Shown: positions 1 to 12,999 of the stretch, piece by piece
How positions within the stretch are numbered: position 1 is the first letter of the stretch
Layout of the letters: each line of letters starts with the position of its first letter
Notes under the pieces: generated by a model
What the model saw: only the letters and a program-made list of their open reading frames with translations
The model's database searches: none
What the model was told of the DNA's origin: nothing
Made by a program: the position numbers and the translations under genes
DNA from: Octopus sinensis
Taxonomy: Eukaryota
Direction of reading: 5' to 3'
Assembly: GCF_006345805.1 (NCBI RefSeq)
Contig: NC_043008.1
Location: forward strand, 23,188,001-23,252,000
DNA: 64,000 nucleotides

Positions 1-3000
1 CTGCCAAATGCGAGCTCTCTTTTCAGGTACGTGACGCCACTGTCCCCCGTCCCAGGGTCTCACAGGCCCATACCTCCCACACCCTCAGGGTTGGCACCCT
101 CAATATCGACACACTGAAAGGTAGGTCTGGTGAGATTGTTGAGATGCTTGAATGGAGATGTGTCAATATGTGCTGCACCCAAGAATTAAGGTGGAGAGGA
201 GGTTCTGCTAGGTTCCTCACAGGAGCTCTCTTTTCAGGTACATGATGCCACTGTCCCCCGTCCCAGGGTCTCACAGGCCCATACCTCCCACACCCTCAGG
301 GTTGGCACCCTCAACATCGACACACTGAAAGGTAGGTCTGGTGAGATTGTTGAGATGCTTGAATGGAGATGTGTCAATATGTGCTGCACCCAAGAATTAA
401 GGTGGAGAGGAGGTTCTGCTAGGTTCCTCACAGGCAAAGAACACAGGTACAAGATTTTCTGGGCAGAGAACACTGACAGGGTTGGGGGGGGGTATACTTC
501 TTGCGGAGAAATGGGTAGATAAAGTAATTGAGGTAGTGAGAGTATGCGACAGAATACTTAAGATTAGATTAGACAAATGACAGGGACCTTCTCTTTGTGG
601 CTAGCGACTTCAATGGACATGTTGGACAACATGTTGGGGGCTTCCATGGCATACATGGAGGCTACGGTTTTGGCTCTCGCAATGAGGAGGGAACCAGGTT
701 GCTGGAGTTCTGTGACACAAATGATCTTATGGTTTGCAATACTAACTTCAGAAAACCTGTCAGCCACCTAGTCACCTACCGCTCTGGCAGACACACTAGT
801 CAAATCGACTACATCCTCATCAGAAAAAGGGAAAGATGGCTGCTTATAAATGCCAAAACCTTCCCAGGCAAAGAATGTACCCCACAACATAGACTAGTAG
901 TTAGTGACTTTAGGATCAGGGCTAAATGGATGCCCAGAAGTTGACCAGCAAGGAGAAGAAGGTATGGAGACTTAAAGATCCTGCAAATGGACAGAGATTT
1001 AGAGACATATTACTCGAAGCCTTTGACGAAATAGAAGGGGATATAGCTTCACATGGTATAGAAGACAACTGGAGGTTACAATGGGACAACCTGCTAAGGG
1101 TCACTGACCAGATCTGTGGATGGTGCAAAGTCCCCTCCCGACCCAAAATAACGTGGTGGTGGAACAATGTTGTTGACAGGGCTATTAGAGAAAAGAAACA
1201 GGCTTGAAAGGACTGGAAGAATGGTGGTAGCAGGGAAGTGTATCAGACTGCCAGAAGGGAAGCTAGGAGGCAGGTTTATTTAGCCAGAGGGGAAGCAGAT
1301 AAGAAACATTTTGCCAATGTTCTGCGCTGTGAGGACAAAAGACTTGAGGTATTTCGTGTTGCAAGACTGTGTGTGAGAGAGAATCGTGACGTGATAGGAG
1401 AGAAATGTGTTTGCATGGATGACGGTTCACTTGCACTGGATGAGGATGCAAAGAGAGAGGTTTGGAGACACCACTATGAAAGGTTGCTCAGTAAAGAAAA
1501 TAAATGGGAGAATGGGAGTCTGCCAAATGTCGACCCAACAGAGGGACCAGCTATCCGAGTTGACAGTTCCTTGGTAGATAAGGCAATTAGAAGCATGAAG
1601 ACAGGGAAGGTCCCTGGCCCATCAGGAATTACTGCAGAGATGCTCAAAATATCTGGCAGTGTCGGCTGTAGCCTAGTCACCCATATAGTTAACCAGGTGA
1701 TACACAAAGAAGTCATTTCCAATGACTGGTATAGCAGCATAATAGTCAACTGCTACAAAGGTAAAGGTGATGCTTAGATACAAATGATTACAGAGGTATC
1801 AAGCTGTTGGATCAGGTAGTGAAGATTACGGAGAGGGTCATAGCCCAACTGATTAGGGAGAGAGTCAGCCTGGATGAAATGCAGTTTGGTTTCGTACCAA
1901 GGAAAAGCACCACTGATGCCATATTTCTGTTAAGACAGCTGCAGGAGAACTACCTAGCCAAAGATAAGCCCCTGTACCTGGCTTTCGTTGACATGGAGAA
2001 AGCCTTTGACAGGTTTCCCCGATCCCTTATCTGGTGGTCAATGAGGAAATTAGGGATAGATGAATGGTTAGTGAGAGCTGTGCAAGCCATGTACAGGGAC
2101 GCTGTAAGTAAGGTGAGGGTTGGCAATGAGTACAGGGAAGAATTCAGGGTAGAGGTAGGGGTCCACCAAGGTTCAGTCCTCAGCCCCCTCTATTTATCAT
2201 AGTCCTCCAGGCAATAATGAAGGAATTCTAGACAGGATGCCCCTGGGAGCTCCTCTATGCTGATGACTTTGCTCTAATTGCTGAGTCACTATCAGAACTA
2301 CAGGCGAAGTTTCAAGTGTGGAAACAAGGATTAGAATCGAAGGGCCTTAGAATCAACCTAGCTAAAACCAAAGTCCTAATAAGTAGGAAGGCAGGCAAAC
2401 CACAAATCCCTTCAGGTAGATGACCCTGCTCAATCTGTAGTAGAGGCGTAGATAGAAACTCTATAAGATGTACCCAGTGTAAGCTATGGACACATAAGAG
2501 GTGCAGTAATATCAATGGGAGGCTAACGGGGAAGATAGTTTTTGTATGTGGCAGATGCTCGGGAGCAATAAACACTGAAAATGCGCAGAGACCAACTTCC
2601 GCCACATTCCAGGGAGAAAAACTAGAAGTAGTTGATAGCTTCTGTTACCTAGGGGACCAAGTCAGTAGCAGAGGTGGGTGTGCTGAAAGTGTAGCTGCTA
2701 GAATAAGAATAGCCTGGGCAAAGTTCAGATAGCTCCTACCTCTGCTGGTGACAAAGGGCCTCTCGCTCAGAGTAAGGTAGACTGTATGATGCTTGTGTAT
2801 GAACAGCCATGCTACATGGCAGTGAAACGTGGGCTGTGACTGCTGAGGACATGCTCGCAAGGAATGAAGCCAGTATGATCCGATGGATGTGTAATGTCAG
2901 TGTGCATACTCGACAGAGTGTAGGTACCTTGAGAGAAAAGTTGGACCTAAGAAGCATCAGATGTGGTGTGCAAGAGAGACGACTGCACTGGTATGGACAT

Positions 3001-3748
3001 GTGGCAAGAATGGATGAGGATAGCTGTGTGAAAAAGTGCCACACCCTAGTGGTTGAAGGAACCTGTGGAAGAGGTAGACCCAGGAAGACCTGGAATGAAT
3101 TGGTGAAGCATGACCTTCGAACTTTAGGCCTCACCAAGGAAATGACTAGTGACCGAGACCTTTGGAAATTTGCTGTGCATGAGAAGACCCGGCAAGCCAA
3201 ATGAAACCATAGTCTCATGGCCTATGCCAGGGGCGTAACCAGTCCACTTATGCATACCTTTTCCTTCTTTGGACACTAAAACTCTGCTTGCGAAGACCTG
3301 TTGAGGCAAGTGAAATCAATCAGAAGCAAAATCAAAATCAAAATCGATGACTGGCGTCCGTGTTAGCAGGGTGCAAAGAGCACCATACGAGTGTGATCAT
3401 TGACAGAGCGGCTAACCAGCTTCCATGCCAATGACACCTAAATGACACCATTCGAGCGTAATCGTTACCAATGTCGTCTTACTGGCACCTGTGCTGGTGG
3501 CATGTGTAAAAGGATTCGAGCATGGTCGTTGCCAGTACCGCCTGACTGGCCCCTGTGCCGGTGGCACGTAAAAAGCACCCACTACAGTCTTGAAGTGGTT
3601 GGCGTTAGGAAGGGCATCCAGCTGTAGAAACTCGGCCAAATCAAGATTGGAGTCTGGTGCAGCCATCTGGTTCGCCAGTCCTCAGTCAAAATCGTCCGAC
3701 CCATGCTAGCATGGAAAGCGGACGTTATATGATGATGATGATGATGAT
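1..3748 (+). mobile_element. RTE-clade LINE, family A, near full length, degraded
   Basis: APE endonuclease remnants (DFNGHVG, RNEEGTRLLEF, SQIDYIL, QHRLVV). RT motifs (QFGF, LAFVDMEKAFD, GVHQGSVLSP, LLYADD). C-terminal LHWYGHVARM...RGRPRKTW. (GAT)n tail at about 3729-3748. Many stops and frameshifts. Confidence 0.92.
12..433 (+). repeat. 211-bp direct tandem duplication at the 5' end of the RTE copy
   Basis: 12-222 is nearly identical to 223-433 (gagctctcttttcaggtac...ggttcctcacag). Confidence 0.95.
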
Positions 3749-3848
3749 TTATTTTGATAATAAAATCTTAACGATTAAGATCTTTACACTATTATTATTT
3801 AAAAATATTTTCTCTCATTTTATTTTCTAAACAATGATTTCATTTTAG

Positions 3849-4048
3849 ATTTCAAAGTGAATCTGCTGCCAGTTAAAGATGAAATCTCACAATCTGAAGA
3901 GGACATTTTAACAAAAAGAAAAGGGGTTTCTCTGAAAATCATGAACACAGTTGACAAAAATCAGTTATGTGGTATGACTGTACAGATACCTACTGAAAAT
4001 ATGAAAGATCTGTCACTACAAAGGACTCTTTCAACAACTTTTCCAACA
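3849..4048 (+). CDS. IQCH: Internal coding exon of host gene (IQCH-like), exon A
   Basis: ttttAG acceptor at 3847-48 and GTaatt donor at 4049. Open frame FKVNLLPVKDEISQ...LSTTFPT. Ends in phase 0, matching the next exon. Not repeat-like. The protein here is poorly conserved, so the call rests on splice-phase continuity. Confidence 0.65.
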
Positions 4049-5068
4049 GTAATTGAACAAAAGATTTTTTTAGTTTTGATTAATTTTTGCTTTTCTGAAA
4101 TTCATTAGAAGCAAAGACAGAGAACAAGTGTTAAGTTACTCTTTTGATGTCATTCTATTGTCTTGTTAGTTCATGATACTTTGTACTGTTTATCTCAGTT
4201 TATATTAATTTTAAATTAGGTACTATACTATGCTATATATTAGAATAAAATTATTAGCTTATTGATGGAAGTTAATTACTGACCATGTGAAACCTGTGGC
4301 TTGTGTAAGAATTAAATACCGAATGCATCAAGTAAATATGTTCACTTTAGGATTAATGAGTCTAGTCATAAGCAATTATGTTTACATTCTATTTATACTA
4401 CATTGCATTAGTTAGTTATTGGTGTGTTTAATGATTTGAGTTACAGATGGTGATTCCATTCTATGATAATGGGTTAATAATGTAAGTACTAGATTTTTAA
4501 TCTGCATTAAACTGTATAAATCTTTACTTTCTTCCAAGACAAGGGTATCTACTTACTTAAAGATCCATATAATTTATAATTAATTGGTCATATAGACACA
4601 GGCCTTACTCATTAGTTGGGGTGAGGAATTGATATCAAAGCATGTCAAGTATTTATTACGTTGCTTCTGGCAGGATAAAGTATGGAGTTGAACCTAGAAG
4701 TATTTGAATTCAAAATATGTAGGAATTAAAATAAAGTCTTTAGACATTCAGTTTAGTTCTACATCATTTCTACCCTTTTTAGTAATAAATAATGACATGA
4801 ATCATTCAACAAGCAGAAATATTTGTGTTTAAGGAAATGGGTTTATTGTAAGTTGTATAATTAGTTGTCTCAATTTTGGTATATTATTGGTGTTTGGTCT
4901 GCTGTCCTTATTTGACTCCAAAAGCATGAGAAGCAAAAAACAATTTTGACAAGATATAAGTAAAATTCTTTTACATTCTGTACCAACTATACTACTTTAA
5001 TTGAGAAAGATCATTTCAACCATTTTGACTAACTGACTTTATTATCTTCCAATTATATGTAATTTTAG

Positions 5069-5199
5069 CCACCACCAACAACTCCTACTTCTCATAAAGA
5101 AGAAACATTCTACAAAATTGCCATCCAAGATGGACGTACACGAAGTGACACAATGGAATATTTAGCTTTTAAGGAGACCCATCAGGAAAACTGGGGGAA
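5069..5199 (+). CDS. IQCH: Internal coding exon of IQCH-like gene, exon B
   Basis: ttttAG|CCA...GGG AA|GTatg, 131 nt. Encodes PPPTTPTSHKEETFYKIAIQDGRTRSDTMEYLAFKETHQENWG, which resembles the IQCH segment I.DG......dFLAFKEH....WG (recalled, not searched). Confidence 0.85.
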
Positions 5200-6104
5200 G
5201 TATGTTTTCTGTCTTAATATCTTCTGAGACTACACTTTGATTTTAGCCAAAAGGCCGAGAAGTGATTCTTCTGAAACTAGCTACTAGGTGGTCAGTGTTT
5301 TTGTGCTACCTAAGAAAGGAAAGGAGCAATGATAAATATTTATGATTTCTGACCACATCCTAGCACCTGTTTCTCTGCATCTGTAATATGCAATCTATCT
5401 CCTTCCCATAACATTACAACAAACATTTCAAGCATTTTTTTAAATCCTTGCTGTACTAAGGAGGTTATTACTTCTATCACATGTATATTTAGATTATACC
5501 GACAACTTTTTTTCAACTTACATTCAGCAAAATAAGCTTAAAACTAAACAAGACCTTAAATCTTATGGTCAATGATTCCTTTTTTTAGACATGATAACAC
5601 AACAAAATTAATTATTAAAAGCAAACAAACAAAAACACAGAAAGACATTCTCTTCTAAGTTTCTTTTATAGAAATACATACAATTTATTTTGTGTTTGTT
5701 AATGTCCAAGGTTTGTATGATATTATGAAAGAGATAAATTTCTGAAATAATAGCCATGGATCATGCGTTCTTTTCCAATGCAAGTATTTACTGTGTCTCT
5801 GGTGACCACTTAATCCAGCTGATGAGGAAAAAGATGTTGCTTCATGGAAAATTTGTCTTTAAATCACAGTTTAGTATTATGAGAATTATTAAATAATTCC
5901 ACATATATCCATCTACCTGTCTAGGTATGTCTCTTTGTCTAGCTATGTTAAGTCTATATGTATGTCCATCTCTCTATTTGTCTGTTCATTCATTTATTTA
6001 TCCCTTCCTTCCTTTCTTTCTTTCTCTCTTTTTCTGTTCTGTTTTGTTCTGTCCTGTTCCATTCTGTTCTCTTCTATTCTATTCTATTCTGTTTTGTTTT
6101 GCAG

Positions 6105-6182
6105 ATTTGCTACTTTGTTACATTTTATTGAACAGTTCCTAACAGATTTTTGTATCCCTTTTGTATTTGCTGATGGAAACAA
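6105..6182 (+). CDS. IQCH: Internal coding exon of IQCH-like gene, exon C
   Basis: Long pyrimidine tract plus gcAG acceptor, AA|GTaagc donor, 78 nt, phase 2-2. Encodes (K)FATLLHFIEQFLTDFCIPFVFADGN(K), similar to IQCH LL..vE.FL..Y.IP.....GN. Confidence 0.85.
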
Positions 6183-6410
6183 GTAAGCAGAACTGTATAT
6201 TTGCTTTTTTATTTACTGCTTGTTATCAAGCCTGGTGTTTTATTTTCAATAACTTGTTTAAATATTAATGATATGATTTTATTTGAATACTGTTTCCTGC
6301 AAGAAACTAAAAGTTACATAGTTCTCAACTTGAAATTTGCATACACACACTCTTACATGTTGTAAACACACACACACACACACAGACACATTAGTGTATG
6401 TATATTTCAA

Positions 6411-8843
6411 TAACGGAACAGTTTGCCTATGTTCAGCGCTGTGAGGACCAACAAACTGAAGTATTTTGGATTGCAAGACAGTGGGTGAGAGAAAATTGTG
6501 TTGTCATAGGAGAGAAATGTGTCTGCATGGATGATGGTGCACTTGCTTTTAATGAGTCTGCAAAGAAAGAGGCTTGGAGAAGCCATTATGAAAGACTGAA
6601 AGACTGCTGAACATGGAGAATGAAGAAGAGGATGAAAGTCTGCCAAATGTTGACCCAACCGAGAGACCAGCTATCTGAATTGACAGTACTCTAGTAGATA
6701 AAGCAATTAAGGATATGAAGACAAGGAAAGCCCCTGGCCCATCAGGAGTCACTTCTGAGATGCTTAAAATACCTAGTGGTGTGGGTTATGGTCTAGAGAC
6801 CCGTATTATAAATCAGGTGGTTCATGAAGGAGTCATAGCCCAACTAATCAGGGAGAGAGTTAGTCTAGATGAGATGCAGTTTGGCTTTGTGCCAAGTAGA
6901 AGCACCTATGATGCTATATATTTCTGGTAAGGCAACATCAGGTGAAATACCTAAGAAAAGATAAACCTCTGTACTCTGCTTTTGTTGACTCAGAGAAAGC
7001 TTTTGACTGAGTGCCCTGATCCATTATCTGGTGGTTAATGCGGAAACTAGGGATAGATGAGTGGTTGGTGAGGGCTGTACAATCCTTATACAGGGACGAT
7101 ACCAGTAAGGTGAGGGTTGGCAACGAGTACAGCAAAGAATTTAGGGTACAAGTAGGGGTTCACCAAGAATTGGTGCTCAGCCTCCTCTTGTTTGTCAGTC
7201 TTCCAGGCAATAATGGAGGAATTCAAGACATGCTGCCCCTGGGAGCACCGCTATGCTGATGACCTTCCTCTTATAGCTGAATCACTGCCTGAGCTAGAGA
7301 AGAAGTTCCAAATATGGAAACAAGGTCTACAGTCAAAGGACCTTAGAGTTAACCTAGCAAAAACTAAAATCTTAGTAAGTAGGAAGGCAGACAAATCACA
7401 AGTCCCCTCAAGTAGCTGGCCCTGCTCAATCTGTAGAAAAGGTATAGGTAGAAACTCCATAAAATGCACCCAGTGTAAACTTTGGGCACATAAAAGGTGC
7501 AGCAACATCAAAGGAAGGTTAACAGAGAAACTAACTTTTGCATGTGGAAGGTGCACAGGCATAATAAATGCTGAACATGTGCAGAAAATATATTCCATCA
7601 ACTGCCAGGGTGGCAACTTAGAGGTAGTAGATAACTTCCAGTATCTAGCTGACCAGGTTAGTAGTGGAGGTGGTTGTTTCGAGAGCATAGCTGTGAGAAT
7701 AAGATTAGGCTGGGCAAAGTTCAGAGAGCTTCTACCCCTGCTGGCAACAAAGGGCCTCTCTCTCAGAATGGGAAGCAGATTGTTTGATGCCTGTGTGCAA
7801 ACAGCTATGCTACATGGCAGTGAAATATGGGCTGTGACAGCTGAGGACATGCATAGGCTTGAGAGTATTGAAGCCAGTATGCTTCACTGGATGTGCAATT
7901 CGACAGAGTGTAAGCATCTTGAGAGAAAAGTTAGGCATATGAGATATTAGATGTGGTGTGCAAGAGAGATGACTGCACTGGTATGGTTATGTGATGCGTA
8001 TGGATGAGTTGTTTAAAATAAGTGTCAATCTCTAGCTGTGGAGGGAACCTGTAGTAGAGGTAGACTCTGGAAGACATGGGATGAGGTGGTGAAGCATGAC
8101 CTTTGAACTTTGAACCTCACAGAGGCAATGACCGGGACCTTTGGTGATGTGCTCTGCTTAAGAGGACCTGTCAAGTCAAGTGCATCCTTGCTGGTAGCAG
8201 ATGAAAAAATAAAAATCAACCTTTGAATGTTGGGACTCACAGAGGCAAAATGGCTGAGTACCTTTCGAGTGTTGGGCCTAACAGAGGCAGAGTGACAGTT
8301 CTTTTCTAGCATTGGGCTTCATGGAGGCGAAGTGGCTGAGTTTCTTTGAGTGTTGGGCCTCACAGAGGTGTGGTGGCTGAGTTTCTTTCGAGTGTTGGGC
8401 CTCATACAGGCAAAGTGGCTGAGATCCTGGGCCACATGGAGACAAAGTGGCTGAGCTCCCGGGCCACATGAAGGCAAAGTGGCTGAGTTCTTTTCGAGTG
8501 TTGGGCCTCATGGAAGCAGGGTGGCTGAGTTCCTTTCAAGCATTAGGCCTCATGGAGGCAATGACCAAGACCTTTGGCATTATGTCGTGCTTGAGAATAA
8601 GGCCCATCAAGTCAAGCAAAATCGCAGTCATGGCAGATACCAGTATCATGCAAATGACACCAATGCCAGTGGCATGTAAAAGCACCCATTACACTCTCAG
8701 AGTGGTTGGCATTAAGAAAGGCACCCAGCCATAGAAAACCATGTCAAGTCAGACTGGATTCTGGTGTAGCCTTCCAGCATGCCAGCCCAGCCAAACCGTT
8801 CAACTCATGCCAGCATGGATGTTAAATAATGATGATGATGATG
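6411..8843 (+). mobile_element. RTE-clade LINE, family A, 5'-truncated with internal deletion
   Basis: Colinear with about 1300-3748. ORF 7192-7950 contains YADD and a Cys-rich domain. (GAT)n tail at about 8829-8843. Confidence 0.9.
8215..8580 (+). repeat. Minisatellite (~42-bp unit, ~8 copies) in the RTE 3' region
   Basis: Recurring gagtgttgggcctca(c/t)(a/g)gaggcaaagtggctgagtttctttc units with no unique spacers. Confidence 0.85.
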
Positions 8844-8910
8844 GAGCAGGTGTTTTTAGAAGTGTTTGTTGATATTCAGCACATGACCTATAATACTGGA
8901 TAAGGGATAA

Positions 8911-11497
8911 TACTGAACAGCAATTTTGTTTTAATTTTCTATCACACGAGATTTTGTTTTTACTGATTCTGTCTTTTTTGTGCTAATTTCAAATCTATAA
9001 TCAGTTTTGCGTTCCATGCTCTAGTTTTCTTGCATTTTGAAGAATAGCTTTTCATACATTTATAGTTAAATTTGACATATTGAAATGCATATATCCTACT
9101 TACGAGAAATTGAAAATTGTATTTTTTCAGGCTTCTTCAAATAGACATAGGTGTGTAAATAATCCTGATGGCTTTTGCTATGCCTGTGGCTCCTTCACAC
9201 TTTTTGGCCAAAGGCACAATATCATATTGTTTATGAGACGGGCTTATAAAGCTTATTCTGGAATTTTCCTTGGCAACCATGACAAAAAAAGTGTCCATCA
9301 TTTTGTGTGTCATAACTGTGAGGAAATGCTTCATCACTAGACAAAAGGAAAATAAAAGGCTTTGCTATTTGGAGGTCCTATGGTTTGGTGAGAGCCCAGA
9401 GACTGCACAAGTGACTGTCATTTTTGTATGGGCAACACAAAAGCATCAGCAAGAAAAATAGGTGTAAAATATCTTATCCCAATATCCTTTCATCCTTTCA
9501 ATAATTAGACCTGATTCCAGTTTTCCTTGGATTTACCTCTTCTGAAGACAAAGCTAGTAAACAAGAGTACGGGGATGATAAAGAAGATCAACAAATTACT
9601 TAAAAATTACAAGACCCCTCTTATGGTACTGAAAAATCAACTCCTCAACAATTTAACTAAACAGAACTCAATGATTTAGTGCATGATTTGGGACTCTCCA
9701 AGACTGCAGCTGAAGTCTTAGAGTCCAGCCTGCAAGAAAAACATCTACTTGACCAAACTCAAAAGATTCTTCTTTTTGAAAACAAGACCAGATTTTTGTG
9801 TCATTTTTTTTCAGAAGAGAAACATTTTGTTTATTGCCATGATATTCCCAGTCTTCTTCAGGAATTAGGCAACTATTTCTAGATAGTTCTAAGTGCAGCC
9901 TGAAGTGTGTTCTACACAATGGCAATGTTTATGGAGCTGTCCCAGTTGGTCACTCAGTACATTTGCAAGAAGAATACAATGACATAAAAATAGTTATTGT
10001 CATGAGCACAATTGAACCATTTGTGTAGATTTGAAAATGGCCTAATTTCCTCCTTGGTCAATAGAAAGGTTTGACAGAGTATCCTTGCTATCTCTGTATG
10101 TGGGACAGCTGATATCAAGAGAAACACTGGATTCAGAAGTGGTTCATTCGTGATACTCTGGAAGCAGGCATGCCAAATATTTTCTCACCACTTCATATGA
10201 AGCTGGGCTTGAAGCAAATCACTAAGGCATTGAATACTGATGGTGAATGTTTTTAACATATAGTATCTGCATTTCTTGGTTAATCATTTAAGAAGATCAA
10301 AGCAGGTGTGTTTGACAGACCTCAGATTCATGTCCTTGTAAGTGATGAGGAATTTGTCAGAAAGATGAATGACAAGGAAAGAGCTGCATGGCTGCCATTT
10401 GTAACAGTCATAAAAATTCTCTTGGAAACTGAAGAGCAGATGATTATGAAATGTTTGTCAATAATATGTTGTCAGCTTTCCATGATCTTGGGTGTAACGT
10501 GAGTGTTAAACTCCATTTCCTGCATAGCCACCTTGATCAATTCCCCGAAAACCTTGGATATGTATGTGATGAACAAGGAGAGCACTTTCGCTAGGACCTC
10601 AGGACCATGGAAGTGCATTATCAAAGGTGATGGGATAAAAGCACAATGGCAGACTACTGCTGGAGCATTAAACAAGATTTCCCTAAGAAAGTCTACAAAT
10701 GCAAGAGCTCCAAGTGCAAATTCTTGTCTGAATAAGATCTATTTGTGTTTTATCTTCCATCTTAATCAGTTTCTCAACTATTCTTTTATTCTTTTACTTG
10801 TTTCAGTCATTTGACTGCAGCCAAGCTAGAGCACTGCCTTTGAACAAATTGATCCCATGACTTATTTTTTCTTAAGCCTAATACTTATTCTATTGGTCTC
10901 TTTTACTGAACTGCTAAGTTATGGGGATGTAAACACACCAACACTAGCTGTCAAGTGGTGATGGGGGGACAGACACAGACACAAAATCATACACAGACTT
11001 CTTTCAGTTACCATCTACCAAATCCACTCACAAGGCTTTGGTTAGCCCAAAGCTACAGTAGAAGACACTTGCCCAAGATGCCATGCAGTGGGACTAAACC
11101 AAGAACCATGTGGTTGGGAAGCAAGCTTCTTAGCACACAGCCACGCCTATCATTTGTATATAATATATACAACTGAAAAACAGATGGTGCAAAAAACTGG
11201 CACATGATAACATTTATTTTATACAACATCAGAATAAGAAATATTTTTTATAGCCCAATTCTTATTGTGGTGTACTAACTCATATATATGAATAAAGTTA
11301 GAATCTCAATGCATAGATATTTGTTCTTTTCCGCCTTAGAAAATTATCAGATAGATTACCTCATATCTTAGAAAAAAAATTTGGAAAAAAATCTAGAGCT
11401 TACAGAGAAAAACTAACTTCATATTTGAATTCAGCATACTGAAATTAGGTAATACCAGTTGTTATTATCAATGCAGCAAAAATTTTGTTGGCCAGTG
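8911..11497 (+). mobile_element. Chapaev3-like (CMC) DNA transposon with decayed transposase
   Basis: Remnant motifs CVNNPDGFCYACG, FGGPMVW.EP...DC.FC, DSSKCSLKCVLHNGN, PLHMKLGL, HFLHSHLD.FPENLG, MADYCWSI. Imperfect termini: (t)ACTGaacagcaattttg at the left and aaaattttgttggcCAGTG at the right. TAA at both flanks (8908-10, 11498-500), consistent with a TWA TSD. Confidence 0.75.
10781..11148 (-). mobile_element. tRNA-derived SINE (octopod-type) inserted in the Chapaev3 element
   Basis: Reverse complement of the SINE at 40592-41009, with the same head, cttgggcaagtg core and tgactgaaacaagtaaaaga tail. Confidence 0.85.
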
Positions 11498-12999
11498 TAA
11501 TAGATGTTGGATGATAATAATTGTTGTGATAGTGGTGGTTTGAATTATGGTAGTGCAAGCAACATTTAATACTGTGTAGTAGTTTCAAAATGTTCATTTC
11601 AGTTTTTTGTTCAGCTTATTTTGTTATGTATGGGGGATTTTGTAATTGTTGAAGAATTGAATGAATAAGCTCAATTAGCATGAGCTTTATCATAAGGGAT
11701 TGTCAAGCTTATCTCATGTATTATTGTATTTGGTATTATTCTTTTGTTCTTGTTTTGGTCATTGGATTGCAGTCATTCATGTATGCATTCATGTATACAT
11801 GTATGCATACATGCATACATATATGCATGCATGTAACTTGTGGTATATACCATATGGCATACTGAGCAACAACAAAAGCAAGCCAACTTTCTTGTCTTAT
11901 AGTGTGAATTTTGTGTCATGTCAGATCAAAAATTATTTGCTATTGGTAATCATGTAAACTAGCAGTTCATGTTTCATTGGTGGGATTGTCAGTGACTAAA
12001 CTGGCAAAGCTATTGTAAGGTTGCTCCCTGGTGTGGAGAACATAAGGACAAAAGACAACATCTAATTACAAAGTAGATGAAATTAGCAAAATATCAACAG
12101 CTATTTATCAAGCCAGTAATGAAATGGAGCCCAACTAAGCCATTTTAGTTTAGAATTGCTGATTTTTTGGCAACTCATGTATCCAATCATCTTTCTTTGA
12201 TATACTGGATTTACCTTTCAACTGACCCAGTGAGATCTAGGTGAAGGAAGTCCCTTCATAAGTATGATGACCATCCAAGGTGCTTGAATTAGTACTGGCT
12301 AGGATCATGAGTATCTTGTCTTAAGCTTGAGTGATGATGAGTGATGTTATTCCTGTTGCAATGTTGGAAATTACAGATGCAAGCCATTCATTCATAATGT
12401 GTACTGGTACATTTTATTGCATCACTGGCAGTCTCATGAAGTGGAAATCAGAAGATGTTCAGATAAGCAACTTTTCCTTTCCAACCTAGCACACATCTAA
12501 AAACCTCATCTACAGTGCAAACTATAATTACTTACTTATTATTCATTAATTTATCGATGTACCCACACAGTTTTCATCTGTTCTATGCTGTATGTTATAA
12601 TACACTTAAGAAACCCTAAACCCTATCTTCTATTCAATTCTTCCTCATCTTCATTTTCACACTCATTATTGTTATTCATTTATTTATCTAATTTTGTCAC
12701 AGTTTGGCTGACCACATACCATGGGTTGCAGTTATAACTATAGTTAAGAATGCAAAGGTGTAATGCTTTGTATCTTTCACATTGACAGCCAGAGTGCTTT
12801 TGCCATTTTACAGTGTGCCCTCTTCTCCCACTGCCACTACCTATACTGGAAGTCTTTATTCTCTAACTGCTACCATATGTCTTTCTCCTGAGCACTTCCA
12901 ATGGCCCACTATACAGAATACTGCCTTCACTCCTACCTAGTGTTTATCTCCTAAGGAATGTAGTGATTATGTAGCACATAAAAATGATGGTGTAGTGTA

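Noticed and set aside
5927-6186. ORF-track proteins of 71 and 83 aa
   Set aside because: Mostly translation of the polypyrimidine tract. Only 6105-6182 is a plausible exon.
7251-7850. 199-aa minus-strand ORF, and similar antisense ORFs over LINEs
   Set aside because: Shadow frames of RT coding sequence with no independent motifs.
8215-8580. CRISPR-like periodic repeat
   Set aside because: Units are contiguous and degenerate with no unique spacers, derive from the RTE 3' end, have no cas genes nearby, and the context is eukaryotic.
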